A stretch of 34,607 bases of DNA from Chiloscyllium plagiosum (GCF_004010195.1 NC_057720.1:28231969-28266575), one strand, 5' to 3'; counted from the first letter of the stretch, positions 1-12,948 are shown. The notes: generated from the letters alone by a model not told the origin. A program made the numbers and translations.

Positions 1-368
1 TTTGCTATGTTATACTTTTTCTATTTTAACTTTATATGTTTCTTAACTTCCCTCGTCAGCCACGGCCACTCATGCCTCCTCTTAGGATCTTTCTTCCTTT
101 TTGGAATGAACTGATTCTGCATCTTCTGCATTATACACAGAAATATCTGCCATTGTTCCTCCACTGTCATCCCTGCTAAGGTATTGTACCATTAAACTTT
201 GGCCAGCTCCTCCCTCATAGCTCCATAGTTCTCTTTATTCAACAGAAATATTGTCACTTCCGATTGTACCCTCTCCCTCTCAGATTGCAGTTTGAAGCTT
301 ATTGTATTATGGTCACTCCTTCCCAATGGCTCCTTCACTTCGAGGTCCCTGATCAATTCTGGTTCGTT
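1..368 (-). mobile_element. CR1-clade LINE ORF2 fragment (end of APE endonuclease and linker), runs off the window
   Basis: Minus-strand translation NEPELIRDLEVKEPLGRSDHNTISFKL...NKENYGAMREELAKV*W...EEQWQIF...PWLTREVK contains the APE SDH motif and the CR1 linker, with stop codons. Confidence 0.85.
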
Positions 369-397
369 CGGAGCGTCACTCCTTCATCAGGTGGTTC
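369..397 (-). mobile_element. 29-bp remnant of a Penelope-like terminus (half hammerhead)
   Basis: cggagcgtcactccttcatcaggtggtt closely matches 26912-26939. The minus strand reads cacCTGATGAaggagtgacgctccGAA and is then truncated. Confidence 0.65.
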
Positions 398-1659
398 TGA
401 ACAGTTTTTTATGGTCAACCCTTGCCTACTGTTTGTGAGGTCTAGGAAGGGGTAAAGAAATCTTACAATACTTAGCTATACCTAATGCCATTTATTCACA
501 GGCGATTTGAAAGATTTTATAACTCTTTCAAGTTCTACTCATTAACTTGAAAGAGATACCAAACTCTTCAGAGATATTCTGGCTCACATAGGTTCCTGAT
601 TTCTTGCCATTTGTGGTGTTGTGTGCCATACTATATTGCATTTTGAAATAGTTGTCAAATAAGTTAGTACTGTTTGACAACCAAACAGAATTAAGCAAAA
701 TAGAAATAAAGCAAATTAACATCAGCCATTTTAGTGGAATGGAATTTTTCCAGTATTGCTAATGGACAATGAATAGTCTGTACTGTTGAAAGTATTTACA
801 AAAAGTTATGCATTTGTGACCATTGGGGGAAAAAGAGATCAGTATCATCAGAGCAAAAATCTTACTTCAGTAATAGGTAATATTGAACATATAATCCTGT
901 TGAAGATCGGAAAGGTGCTTGGAGCTACTGTGAAGTTAGATAAATCCACTCATCTGTTGTCTCTGAGAATTAAGAGTCATTGTTTAAAGATAGATAGTTG
1001 ACTTGTAAGGGAATTTGGAGATTACAAAAATATCCATCCATTTCACATTGAGTGTTTCAGTTCATGAGGAACAAAGTTGAGAATGTGACTTGACCATATG
1101 CAAGATAGCTTAATTTTATCATTTTGATTTCTTAATTCTGAAATGATTAAAGAAGCAACAAAGCGTATTCAGTTGCTTGGGATACCTGTATTTCAATTCT
1201 TTTCTGGCTTCTAAAAATACATATCACTAACTTTAAGGTTGGACTAGAACAGAAATATGGTTGTTATCGAAGGCTGGAAGCCAATTCCAGAATCCGAGAA
1301 ACATCAATGCTGATGTGTTAAAGAAGACATGTCTTGTCTAATAGTTAGTATCCTCCCAATGGTAAACTTATGCCACAATTCCCACTCTTCCATGAACCTT
1401 GAGACGTGTCCGGCTAAGTACTGCAGTAAAATCATCGCTTCAGCCCAGCGTAGTCTGTTCTGTCGGATTTTCTTTGTGGCAATGTGTGTCTCATCATATG
1501 TATGCTGCATACATGTACATGAAGTGCCACATTTAAATTTGTTGTGGTAGCTGAAATGTACCGGGAGGGGAGTGAACAACTATAGAATGAAGACATCGTA
1601 ATGCTGTCTTAATGGAGTATGATGCATGTCTGTGGTCACCCAACAACTGAACATTTTTT

Positions 1660-2390
1660 TATATGTGTGTCCAATGGATATGGTATCATTGGCAAGGTGA
1701 GAATTTATTACCCTTGTGAAAATGGGTTGTCTTCTTCAACCACTACAGTCCATGTGGTGTGGTACGCCCAATGTACTGTTGGGAGTTCCAGGATATTGAT
1801 AGTAAAAGAACAGTGATATATTTCAAATTCAGGATGGAAAGTGAGTTGGAAGTGAATTTACAAGTGATGGTATTCGTATTTGCCTTCCACTGTTGTCCAT
1901 GAATATGGTAGAGGTTGTAACTTTGGAATGTGTTGCCAGTGAGATGCTGAAGTGCATCTGTAGACACGGGTACAATGACAGGAATGAAGATATGACGTGG
2001 ATGTGCCGGTGTTGGCCTGGGGTGGTATTTCAGGTGGTGTGTAGAATTCTGTGTTTTCGCCTGGAGGATGTCAACCTTCTTGAGTTTTGATGAAGCTTCA
2101 CTCTTCAAGCAAGTGGAGCATATTTCGTAACTTTGCCAACAGGCACCTTGTAGATGGTTGACAGGCTTTGAGGAGTTGGAAGGTGAGTTATTCCCTACAG
2201 AGCTTCTAAACTCCAATCTGCTGGAGTTTAGATCAATTTATGTGACTGTCCCAGTTAAATTTCAGGTCATTGGCAAAGTAACCTCTGAAACATATACTTT
2301 GATAGCTTCAGCGATAGTTGATGCATTCAATGTCAAGGTTGTTGGTTGGGTTCCCTCTTGTTAGAAATAGACTGCTTCTGTATCTCACAA
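1660..2390 (-). mobile_element. 3' portion of the non-HER1 CR1/L2-group LINE (same family as 22342-26583), diverged
   Basis: 2320-2375 is reverse-complement similar to 26195-26245. The 3' UTR/tail at 1660-1760 resembles 7546-7640 and the tail of the family-Y SINE at 15481-15543. Confidence 0.7.
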
Positions 2391-2489
2391 GTTATAGATG
2401 GGATTGAACATATTTCTAGTACATGGCACAGATGATATGCAAAAAAAAAACAAAGCATTATATTGTGCAGTCAGTGGTATGCAGCACTT

Positions 2490-2697
2490 TTGGTTTAAAA
2501 ATCAAAGATTGGCCAGGACCCTAGAAATTACTCATGTACTTCACAGTAGTGCCATGAGATCTCTTATCTCCATTTTAGAAGCAGATAGTACACCAGCTTA
2601 ACATCCCACCTGAAAGATGGTGCCTCTGACAATGCAGCACTGGTTTAGTATTGATTATTAGCCTTCAGTGATGAGACTGCTATCCATGAGCTATGAG
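2490..2697 (-). mobile_element. Old DeuSINE (SacSINE1/AmnSINE1-type Deu domain) fragment
   Basis: ttggccaggacc...agtgccatgagatctc...ttaacatcccacctgaaagatggtgcctctgacaatgcagcact is a diverged reverse complement of the Deu core (..CTTTCGGATGAGACGTTAAACC..GATCCCATGGCACT..GTCCTGGCCAA). A related tail fragment appears at about 13090-13195. Confidence 0.65.
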
Positions 2698-3710
2698 TGA
2701 AAGTAGTTCAGTTGCTACAAAGCCCGCGTACTATTGTTTTCCATTGTTTCAGTTGCCAGGAGAGTTGATGACATCCTATATGTTTTTCCAATTAACAGCT
2801 GAATGTGAGTGGTAGATTTGGTCCCTTGACTACAATAATGTCAGTGAGTCAGAAGTAACTCTCTGAGTTCGTACAAGCCTTACGAAAACTGTTTTGAAGC
2901 TGTTACCCTGAAAAATAGGTGCATAAAGTTCAAACTCTGATACTTGGATCTTTGTCTATCTTTTTGTCGAGAATATTTGAATTGTTTTGATGTTAGTGCT
3001 GTCAGAAGTATTTACTCTATGTGGCATAAGCCTGTTTACTGAAGTGGAACCTTTGCCTTTTAAGCTGTATTAACAAATGCTTATACAGCTGCTTTATTCA
3101 GCTCAGTCACGCTATCTCACAGTGATTTCAGGCACAATTTATTACCAAATGTTCAACTTTTGAGATTCAGAATTTGGAACTTAAGTTTTTATTTTGTAAA
3201 CTACCCTTCAGTTTTATCTTGAACCTTTGAGCAAACTATATTTATAAGATCAGCTTTAATTCATTTAAAATTAATCATGTCATAAAATGAATGAAGCCTT
3301 AGTCAATGTGGATGTCAAAAAAAGTGTTGGATTAATGCCAATTAAATATACCAATATTTAACATTTTGCACTATTTTCCTACGTTCCAGGGCATGTTTAC
3401 AATCACCTTCAACTAGTATTATGTTCAAGCTCTGAAAATCTAATATTTTAAAATATATTTCAACTAGATATCACATGTCTTATTTCTTACATTGCTTACG
3501 TTAGACGTTTTGCATTGCAAGGATGAAAAAAGTGACGGAGTGACAAACTGAGGGAGGAATTTGTATTTTCACTGAGAAGTTTTCAAAAGATTATAAGAAA
3601 ACAACTAAAAAAAAGTGGATTGTCATTTTTTGTGTTGACTCCTTGATACTAAGTATCTTTTTCCAACCCATATCAAATGAACTAATTTGTTTGTCTCAAA
3701 TACCCATATT

Positions 3711-4636
3711 TACCGAGTATGCTCATGTAAAAGTCAAGTTTTTAAACTATTTTTAAATGTTCAATTTATAGGATCGACTAATGCACAGGTACTAGTTTTC
3801 AGGGTCTGAAATTCATGCTGCAGTTCAAAAAACCATATTAGCAGATGTCGATTTGATCTCACAACTAATCCTGGGTAAAGAAGAAAAACACAATGAATTC
3901 CGGTAAAGGTAATTACCGAAATAAAGCAAGAGAAACAAGAATGAATTACTGATGGTAAATTTTATTTATATGTAACAGTATGAAAATTTAACATGTCAAT
4001 GATTAATTGAAATCCTTCAAAATCACACTGTTCAACATCGTCATGGCCTGATAGAATGGCACACTTAAAATGAAGCACTCATTAAATTCTGAACGTGTAA
4101 GCATCTTGAGCTTTCCCACCAAATTCTTCCATTTCCCTCCAATTTACTCTCCTATGTTATGAACCTCAGCAACATTAATAAATTTGCCAAGGAATTAAAG
4201 ATATATGTAGCTAATATATCTCAGTTTTATTCAGATATAATGGTACAATTAAAATGATCAACTTTTTAATGATATTAACTTTTGGATGTATAGTGAACAA
4301 AGTCTGATAAGTACCGATAGACTTAGTATCGCCTGAATGAATAAATGAATCAAAATGTGCTATAGTAAACCAATTTGGCTGAATAGAGTTATGAATGAAT
4401 GAATAGAGATGCAATATAGCAAACAAAGAATGATGAGTAGAGTTACAGTATGAATGAATTAATGCAATTTCATTTAAGTTGGTTAATGGGAACATGCAGT
4501 TTCCTTTGTAAGAGGTTTATGATGCAATGTAGTAGGGTTGACTTTTGCACGAGATATATGGAAAATATAAGATTTTTGGCCAAAAATAAGGGGCCGACAT
4601 TATATGAGAGTGACTTTTACGCAAGTATATACAGTA
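3711..4636. mobile_element. Non-autonomous Tc1/mariner-superfamily (Tigger/pogo-like) DNA transposon or MITE
   Basis: Terminal inverted repeats including flanking TA: taccgagtatgctcatgtaaaagtca (3711-3736) vs tgacttttacgcaagtatatacagta (4611-4636), 19/26 matches by hand. Subterminal repeats of the gactttt..c.cgag motif near 4535 and 4590. No transposase ORF. Confidence 0.6.
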
Positions 4637-6057
4637 CATTAAAATAATGTAGAACTGCAGAGTAATTGAAACCATGCCATTATTGCAGTAATTTGCTTTG
4701 AAGTCACTTTAGGCCTGAGGGACAGCTGACTTCAGTTGTGATATTTTCAAACAGGTGATGGAAAAGTACTCATGGGAGTATTTTTGTGGTGAAATTAAAC
4801 GACACAGCCGTTGCCTGTAAAATTGAGTTTGCCAAACATTGATGCTGAGAAACAAAGGTCACATAATTCTCTGATTCCAATTTGGCTGCGAAGGAACTAA
4901 ACCACAAAAAAAATGTCGCTTTGTTTTCAAGTAAGTTGTGACAAATGGTAAACAAAACTAAACTAATGACTTTTAATCCTGTACAGATAAGAATAATTGA
5001 AAGCACCCGATAATGTGCTGTCAGGAATATACAGTCTTATATAAGTGCACCAGTGCAGGTACTGTAAACACGATGTCATTTTTGTCATATGCAAAGCTGA
5101 GATTGTTGAGATGGTGCAAGCAATTTGAAGTTGTTAGATAGACCCTGCGTCATTATTGTCAAGTTTGTTGAAACCATCAACATAATTAAGACTAGTAAGG
5201 TTGTAGCATTGGGATTTCAGCACGAATGTGCAAGTTTATTGTACAAGAGGCTGCCACGGTCTTGAGTAATTGTCAAACTATCTAAATGTATATTCCGTCA
5301 TACCACAGCAGTTAAATGATGCAACAATTGATAAGATTTTTGAACAAAAAGTGCAGAGGTTATACTTGGATAATAATGAATCAGCAGTTTGCAGTGAGAA
5401 ATGCCTTGTTAAAATAAATATTTTAAAAAAACTATATATGAAGTGGTTGGGACAGCAATTATAAGAGGATACTAGTGTGTAATTTTAAAATCTCTTTTGT
5501 CATTAGATCCAATCTAGCAAATGCTGATAGTTTTTGCATTTAACAAAACTGTTACAGTGGGGTTCTAATTGTTTCAATGAAGGACATGAGATATGCTGGA
5601 CAGGTACTGTGTAGGTCAGTGAAGTGACCCAAATAAGACTATATCCATCGAACTCTTCTTTAGAATGAAAATGAAGAAAAAAGACAACAACCATTTATAA
5701 TACCAAATTATTTCCTGAGAATCAATGGACCTGATTTAACTCTTGACAGAGTTAATTTTTATTGATTTGAGGTCGAGCTCAATGTTTTAAGCAATGGTTA
5801 CATTTTGTGCCAAATCTTCCCACTTTCCTTCTGCAGATACCAACTTCTCACTGGAATGTGGTCCGACAGTTGCCCACAGCCTTGACCAAAGTATCAAAAT
5901 GTTACAGCACTGAAAGAGGCCATTTAGCCTAATACACTTAGCTTTTTTGAAAGAGCTATTCATGTAGACCAACTGTACAGCTCCTTTCGCACTGCCTTGG
6001 AATTTTACCCACTTTGAATATTTATCAGTATTCCCTTTGAATTTTTTTTTCTTTATT

Positions 6058-7545
6058 CATAGAGTCATAGAGATGTACAGCAGGAAAACAGACCCTTCGG
6101 TCCTACCGGTCCATGCCAACCAGATATCCCAATCCAGTCTAGTCCAACCTGCTAGCACCTGGCCCATATCCCTCCAAAACCCTTTCTATACATGCACCTG
6201 TCCAAATGCCTTTTAAATATTGCAATTGTACTAGCCTCCACCACTTCCTCTGGTAGCTCATCCCATACACGTACCACCGTCTGTGTGAAAACGTTGCCCA
6301 TTACGTCTCTTTTATATCTTTCCCCTCTCACCCTAAAACTATACCCTCTAGTTCTGGACTCTTCCACCCCAAGGAAAAGACTTTGTCTATTTATCCTATT
6401 CATGCCCCTCATGATTTTGTAAACCTCAAAAGATCACCCCTCAGCCTCCAGGGAAAACAGCGCCAGCCTGTTCAGTCTCTCCCTTTAGCTCAAATCCTCC
6501 AACCCTGCCAACATCCTTGTAAATTTTTCTCTGAACCCTTTCAAGTTTCACAACATCTTTCCAATAGGAAGAAGACCAGAATTGCACGCAATATTCCAAC
6601 AGTAGCCTAACCAATGTCCTGTACAGCTACAATATGACCTCCCAACTCCTGTACTCAGTACTCTGACCAATAGAGGAAAGCATACCAAACGCCTTCCTCA
6701 CTACCCCATCTATCTGCGGCTCCATTTTCAAGGAGATATGAGCCTGCACTCCAAGGTCTCTTTGTTCAGCAACACTCCCCAGGACTTTAACCATTAAGCG
6801 TTTCAGTCCTGCTAAGATTTGCTTTCCCAAAATGCAGCACCTCACATTTATCTGAATTAAACTCCATCTGCCACTTCTCAGCGCATTGGCCCATCTGATC
6901 AAGATTCCGTTGTAATCTGAGGTAACATTCTTTCCTGTCCACTACTCCTCCAATTTTGGTGTCATCGCCAAACTTACTAACTGTACCTCTTGTGCTCCCA
7001 ACCAAATCATTTATATAAATGACAAAAAGAAGTGGACCCAGCACCGATCCTTGTGGCAGTCCACTGGTCACAGGCCTCCAGTCTGAAAAGCAACCCTCCG
7101 TCACCACCCTCTGTATTCTACCTTTGAGCCAGTTCTGTATCCAAATGGCTAATTCTCCCTGTATTCTGTGAGATCTAACCTTGCTAACCAATCTCCCATG
7201 GGGAACCTTGTCGAACGCCTTACTGAAGTCCATATAGATCACATCTACCGCTCTGCTCTCATCAGTCGTCTTTGTTACTTCATCAAAAAATTCAGTTAAG
7301 TTTGTGAGACATGATTTCCCATGCACAAAGCCATATTGACAATCCCGAATCAGTCCTTGCCTTTTGAAATGCATGTACATCCTGTCTGTCAGGATTCTCT
7401 CCAACAATTTGCCCACACTGACATCAGGCTCACTGGTCTATCATTCCCTGGCTTGTCTTTACAACCTTTCTTGAACAGTGTCACCACGTTAGCCAACCTC
7501 CAGTCTTCCAGCACCTCACCTGTGACTATTGATGATACAAATATC
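6058..7545 (-). mobile_element. 5'-truncated HER1-type CR1 LINE (RT domain, C-terminus, 3' UTR, 8-bp tail)
   Basis: ORF 6787-7416 has RT motifs QYGFVHGKSCLTNL, YMDFSKAFDKVPH, SGLPQGSVLGPLLFVIYINDL and KFGDDTK. The tail appears as (tcatagag)n on the + strand at 6057-6072. Frameshifted. Confidence 0.95.
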
Positions 7546-7795
7546 TTATTTATGGAATATAAGGTTGTTGACAACTTTACCATTTATTGCCCATCCCCAG
7601 TTGTCCATAGGAATGTGGTGGCGAGTTCTGTTTTTGAATCATTGCAGTGCATGTGAGTATACTCAGTTTGCTGTGAGAAAGAAGTTCAAAAGAGCAGTGA
7701 TTTCATTTCAAGTGTGTAAATATATTGTGTGAATTTGGTGAGACCTTTCAAGTGGTGACGTTGCATGTGGCAAATGTCCTCCTGAATGGTAGAAA
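7546..7795 (-). mobile_element. 3' end of the non-HER1 LINE family, split from its terminal ttttattcat (about 6043-6060) by the HER1 insertion
   Basis: atttattgcccatccccagttgtcc (7582-7607) is the reverse complement of the ggcaattagggatgggcaataaat tail. Rejoining 6060 to 7548 restores tttattcat-ttatgga. Confidence 0.7.
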
Positions 7796-8199
7796 TTGCA
7801 ATCACATAATCCCCTTCATTTACTCCAAGTTTAAAACACAGACACAAGATATAAACTCAAGTTCAACCAATGGAAAGGTTTTGTCCTGATTCCCATTAAT
7901 TGCAACTTTGCTCCTTGGTGTCAACACCAAGGAGATTGCCCTGTGGAGTTTGTAGCTCATCCAATTCAAAGAAACCCTAGAGCTAAGATTGCACAGCACA
8001 ACCTTGTTCAACACTCACTGTTTATTTCTAAACTGTCAGACTAGTTATCCAACACCCAAGATAACCAGAAATATTCTCCCAACTAAATTTTTAAAAATTT
8101 GCCCTTTTTTGGGGCCCTGACACAAATTCCATTCTCCTGTTACCATTTCCATTCCACTCTAAACTGGGCTATTTGTACCATTAGTACTTTTTGATGCAG

Positions 8200-8600
8200 A
8201 GATGACAATGACATATTTGTGCATCACTCGGACCATCAGATTCCATCTTTTTAACATTGTCTGACTGCCACACCTCTATTTATCTGATGTTGATATCCTC
8301 CATCCTGTCTTTGTTACCTTTAGGTTTGATGATTCCAAAACACTCCTGATAGCCTTACCCAGTTCAATGTCTGTAAACTTGAGATAATCTAAAATATTGC
8401 TGCCCTTATACTAACTTTCACAGTTCCTGTTTACCCATTTTTCGGATGGTTGTTGGCTGAAACTGACACTCAGTTAAGCTTTGATTTAAAAATTCTTATC
8501 CTTATTTTTAAATGCCACCATAGCCTTGCCACTTGCTATTTCAGTCATCCCCTACTTTCCCACAATGTCCTTCAGATGTCAACTAACTCAATACCTGGTA
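8200..8600 (+). mobile_element. Old L2-clade LINE ORF2 C-terminal fragment
   Basis: Degenerate translation ..VFVTFRFDDSKTLLIALP..KLEII*NIAALILT..FDLKILILIFKCHHSLATCY matches the L2 pattern AFVTSRLDYSNALLAGLP..KLELIQNSAARILT..FKILILVFKSLHGLAPPY. Confidence 0.7.
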
Positions 8601-8963
8601 GGAATTTAATTTATAACGTTTTAGTCTTCCTGATTTAATGTCCGCACTAACTAGAGCTTTCATCATTAGACCATTAGAGTGTGTTTTTCTTTGCAGAAAT
8701 AAAAGTTTGTTTTGCGACTGTGATATGAGCACTTTTAATTTTGTTAGCTTCAGTTAAACGCCCCTGATTGTTCTTGGTAATCTGCTGTATTGAGAATCTG
8801 TTTGTCCCACATGATTAGGTATCCTTAATTGTCACTTTGTAAGCCACTTTATTTAATCTTATCCTTAACCTCCTTAATAATAGACTAATGGATATTGTTG
8901 AGTTTTTGTTTTTTTGATAGAATGCATTTTTGTGAACGTTTTGAATTGTTTCTTTAAACATTT

Positions 8964-9672
8964 TGTTATGGACCGACCAGACACTCAAAATATATTAAGA
9001 AGATAGTAAAGACATTAATTTTTTCTTATTTTCAAGACAAGTGCTGGGCATTGCATTCGGGATGCAAATCAATTGGTCACACTACCAGATTTAAAGCAAA
9101 ACACACTTTATTCATGCACTGTAGTTAAAATACAACAAAAGAAAGAAGAAATTGGAATAGGAGGAGAAGGCATACAAAGTGGCCAACAACAGCAGGAATC
9201 TAGAAGATTGGGAAAACTTTAAAGATCAACAGAAAGCCACAAAAAGAGTGTTAATGAAAAGTAAGATAGAGTATGAGAAAAAAACTAGCACGGAATATAA
9301 AGACAGATAACAAGAGTTTCTATGAATATATAAAACAGAGAAGAGTGGCTAAAGTAAATGTTGGTCCTTTAGAGGATGAGAAAGGGCAGTTAATTGTCTC
9401 TTTTGGAAAACTTAACAGAATGAGAAATTATTTAACTATTGAACAGTAACTGTTCCAATACAGTAACATTCCATAAACATCCCTTGGCAAAGGCAAATGC
9501 AGCAAAATAGATTGTCTGTCAGGCAATTCTCCAGTCCACAGGGAGAAAACATCCAGAGAAAACAGAGAGGAAGTAGCAAGGAGAGATGTACTGCAGCTTC
9601 CAAACCCAATTTCAAAACTCCATCAACTGCTGCTGAAAAACTAAAATTAAAAATCCTGGCACTCGGGGAGCT
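8964..9672. mobile_element. Possible solo-LTR-like repeat interrupted by a CR1 fragment
   Basis: Begins TGTTATG, is non-coding, and has a reverse-strand AATAAA at about 9107. The sequence appears to resume after the 9160-9393 insert. The right boundary is not resolved. Confidence 0.3.
9160..9393 (+). mobile_element. Isolated internal CR1 ORF2 fragment (APE-RT linker)
   Basis: AYKVANNSRNLEDWENFKDQQKATKRVLMKSKIEYEK(fs)KLARNIKTDNKSFYEYIKQRRVAKVNVGPLEDEKG is the typical CR1 linker. Confidence 0.85.
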
Positions 9673-10259
9673 TGTTGAGAATATTGATTTTAACCTTTGT
9701 AATGTGGAATTCAGTTGTATTATGGTCACACCATGTTGCAGAAATTTTTTTCCATGGTTTTATTAAGCAACAATGGCTAATTACAAAATGTTAGTTGTAA
9801 AGAGTTTTATCTCCTGGTCCCATAACATATTAGTCCACGAAATAAACTCAATTACAAATTCATCTTCCAGACGATCTTTTCCAGTTTTCCAAATGAATAC
9901 TGTGGCAACTAGAGCAGTGCAAAGGCTGGAGATTCTGTGGCAAAACTTCCAGATCAGATATTCCCCTTGTTTCTCAAGAAGCCATAATCAGAAGTCTGGG
10001 ATAAGATGAGTTAAAAGGAGTGGAATGATAATCCAGTCGTGATTGCTGTTCCTTTGAATATTCAGCCCATTAAATCTTTTTTGTATAAATTAATGAATAG
10101 TGTGTAATTTTATGTAAATCTGGAATGGATTATAATTTGGGCTGCAAAATTAAACAGTGTCTTCCCTCTTGGGAAACTCTGTGTGGAATTGCTTTATATT
10201 AACTCTAGCTTTCGGGTAGTTTTAAACGCGCATTTTGGTTTGTGCAATAATAAAATCAA

Positions 10260-11632
10260 AGTCCTATAGAAAGTCAGTGGGTCTGACAGTATTTGTCAAA
10301 AAAGAAAGAATTAATGTTTTGAGTCCTATTATTCTTATATGGAACTTAATGCGGCTGGAAACTAGAGTAGGAGAGTAATCAAACTAGATAATAGTATTGA
10401 TGGTGTAAAGTAGTTAAACAGAATGTTGAATCCTGAAGGGTCTAAGACACCTAGGAGGAAAATGAGGTGCTGTTCCTCCATCTTGGGCTTTGCTGGAACA
10501 GTGCAGCAAGCATAGGGTGGAAAATGACAAGAAACTGAAAAGTTGGGCTTGATCTTAAGGACAGAGTAGAGGTGTTATGCAAAGTGACTATTCAGTCTGC
10601 ATATGGTCCTATTGATGCAGAGGACCCCACACTGCAAGCAGTGAATACAGTCAACGATGTTGAAAGAAATAAATGTAAATCACTACTCCACCTTAAAGGT
10701 GTGTTTGGAGCCCTGAATAGTGAGGAGGAAGAAGGCAAAACAGCCAGTCTTATACTTCCTGTGATTGCATTGGGGGTGGAGTGAAAGGGGAAGTGCTATG
10801 AGTGACCTAGCAGTGGACTAAAATGTCAGATTGGAAATAGTCCCTGCACAATTCTGAGAAGAGAGGGGAGGGATGGATATGCTTGATGATGGCATCCTGT
10901 CAAGGGAGGGAGAAATGTGGGAGAATGATCCTTTGCATTTGAGAGTGAAAAGTGAGGTCAAGGGGACCCCTGTTACTCTGGGACACAGGAGAAAAGGTGA
11001 GAGCAGAAATGTGGGAAGTAGGTCTGACCTGGCTGAGGCACCTCTCAACTATTGGGTGGGTGGGGGGATTCCATTGTTGAGGAAAAAGAAGAAATTTCAA
11101 GGCGTCTCTGTGAATGTTGGTATTATTGGAACATATGCTACAGAAATGGAGAAACTGGAGGAATGAAATGGATTCCTTATAGATCGAGGTATTGTAGCCA
11201 AACTAACTGTGGGAGCCAATGGGTTTGGAGTGAATATTACTTTTTTCTCTTTCTCGTTATGGAAGAGGAAGGAAAAGTGAGAGAGAAACTAGGTGAAGCT
11301 GAGAGAAAGATGAAAAATTGGATTAATTAAATAGATTAATTTTTCCAGTTCCAGCAGATAGAAGTAAACAGCACTAATGATGATGTCAGTGTGCCAAGAG
11401 GAAGCCTGTGTAGGACTGAAACAAGAGTTCCACGTACAGACCGGCATCTCTGGGATGCCATAACTGCTCGTTTGTCTTGGAGAAGGTGAGACAAGTTAAA
11501 GGAAAAGTTGTTCAAAGCAAGGAGGAGCTTGGCCAGTTGAAGAAGGATGGTGATGGATGGACTTTTTTTGAGGAGGTGACAGGCAGAACAGGTAACGAGG
11601 GAAGAAGTCGATGTAATATATTCATTGAATAG
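10260..11632 (-). mobile_element. Decayed Penelope-like element (RT C-terminal half and GIY-YIG endonuclease)
   Basis: Minus-strand remnants: LAKLLLALNNFSFNLSHLLQDKRAVM (PLE RT), IHSKPIGSHS (KPTDSH-like), and TIQGSKHTFKVE..F..NIVDCIHCLQCGVLCINRT (GIY-YIG/Zn-finger region). Confidence 0.75.
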
Positions 11633-11677
11633 TTCTTGATTAGTAAGGAGATCAAGGATTATGGGGATCTTCCTTAT

Positions 11678-12009
11678 GGGCGACACGGAGGCTCAGTGGT
11701 TAGCACTGCTGTCTCACAGCACCAAGGACCCGGGTTCGATTCCAGCCTTGGGCGACTATCTTTGTAGAAATTGCACATTCTCCCTATGTCTGTGTGGGTT
11801 TCCTCACAGTCCAAAGATGGACAAGTTAGGTAAATTGGCCGTGCTAAATTGCCCATAGTGTTCAGGGATGTGTAGACTAGGTGCATTAGTCAGGGGTAAA
11901 TGTGGAGCAATAGAGTAGAGGAATAGGTCTGGGTGGGATATTCTTCGGAGGATCAATGTGGACTTGTTGAACCAAATGGCCTGTTTCCACACTGCAGGGA
12001 TTCTGTGAT
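11678..12009 (+). mobile_element. Near full-length HE1-type V-SINE (tRNA-derived)
   Basis: Head gggcgacacggaggctcagtggttagcac (A box) and B box ggttcgattcc (11733-11743). V-domain ttgcacattctccct..gtctgtgtgggtttcctc..cagtccaaagatg, then the CR1/HER1-like tail ggcctgtttccacactgcagggattctgtg. Confidence 0.92.
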
Positions 12010-12039
12010 AATTATCTTCCTGATTCCGATGGTTACACC

Positions 12040-12680
12040 AGATTCTACAGACATGAAAGAATTGGTCTGTTTGTTGGTGATGTTCGGGTCTGGAATGCTA
12101 ATGTGGCATCATTAGTGTAGAGCAATTCTCTAATGAGAATTAGGCATGCCTTTGTCTTGGATCTCAGGTAAGTTAGGTTGAACAGATTTCGATCAGTTCC
12201 GATATGCACATAGGCCTTTATTAAATGACCTGGAGGCAAATGACAGCAGCGAAAAGAAGGCCAGATCATTAGTGCCAGTGCACAATAGTTGGACTTCTCT
12301 GCTGAAAGCTTTGTTCCAATTTTGTTGCATCACAAGTCACATTACTCATCACCAAATACAGTGGCAACCGTTGTGGTGGGCAATCCTGTTAAGTATTGCT
12401 TGTTGTGGTTCAGACGATCTACTCTGGCATGGATTTGCTGCATTTTTTGCAGAAGAAGACAATGAGTTGAGAGAGTGCATGATTCACTGGCCTCTTTTCT
12501 CAGTCAGCCAAGATTTCTAATTTTGTTGTCTGTTCCAATGCACTGACAGTCTCCAGCAATCATGACATTTGTGACTGTCTCCTAGTTACCAGTGCAAATG
12601 TCTGCCGTCTTCATATCCCCACTATCCTGGTGTTGAAGGAATACCCATCCAAGATGTTCTGACCTCATGGCTAGTATCCA
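12040..12680 (-). mobile_element. RTE-clade LINE fragments, internally deleted
   Basis: ORF 12045-12269 TDRNLFNLTYLRSKTKACLILIRELLYTNDATL matches the RTE pattern DGKLFNL.RL.AKTK....RELLFADDAAL. The upstream part is endonuclease-like but very degenerate. Confidence 0.75.
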
Positions 12681-12692
12681 ATGCAGAACATC

Positions 12693-12948
12693 TTTGATTT
12701 GATTTATTACATCACATGTACCAAGATACAGTCAAAGGTTTTGTTTTGTATGCTATCATACTTTACATAAGTACATCAGGGTCATAGAACAGAATGCAGA
12801 ATTTAGTTTTACAGCGACAGAGAAAAAGCAGAGAAAGATCAACTCTAACATATGAGAGGTCCATTCATAAGTCTGATAACAGTGGGGATGAAGCTGCTCT
12901 TTATTCTGTTGGTACTTGTTTTAAAACATTTGTATCTTCTATCGATGA
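12693..12948 (-). mobile_element. 3' end of a Rex1/Babar-type LINE
   Basis: ttgatttgatttatt..cacatgtaccaagatacagtcaaagg tail and gagaggtccattcataagtctgataacagtggggatgaagctg, homologous to 15623-15910. Confidence 0.7.

Noticed and set aside
1304..1579. RTE-like C-terminal motif (RLRWA...AGHVSR) on the minus strand
   Set aside because: It is suggestive of a scrambled RTE remnant, but the motif is interrupted and the order is atypical, so support is too weak to annotate.
6787..7416. 209-aa reverse-transcriptase ORF as a functional gene or novel RT system
   Set aside because: It is a frameshifted, 5'-truncated CR1 copy with the catalytic motif altered to FGDD, one of many similar copies in the window.
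11678..11750. tRNA gene
   Set aside because: The A/B boxes continue into a V-domain and LINE-derived tail, so this is a SINE head, not a tRNA.
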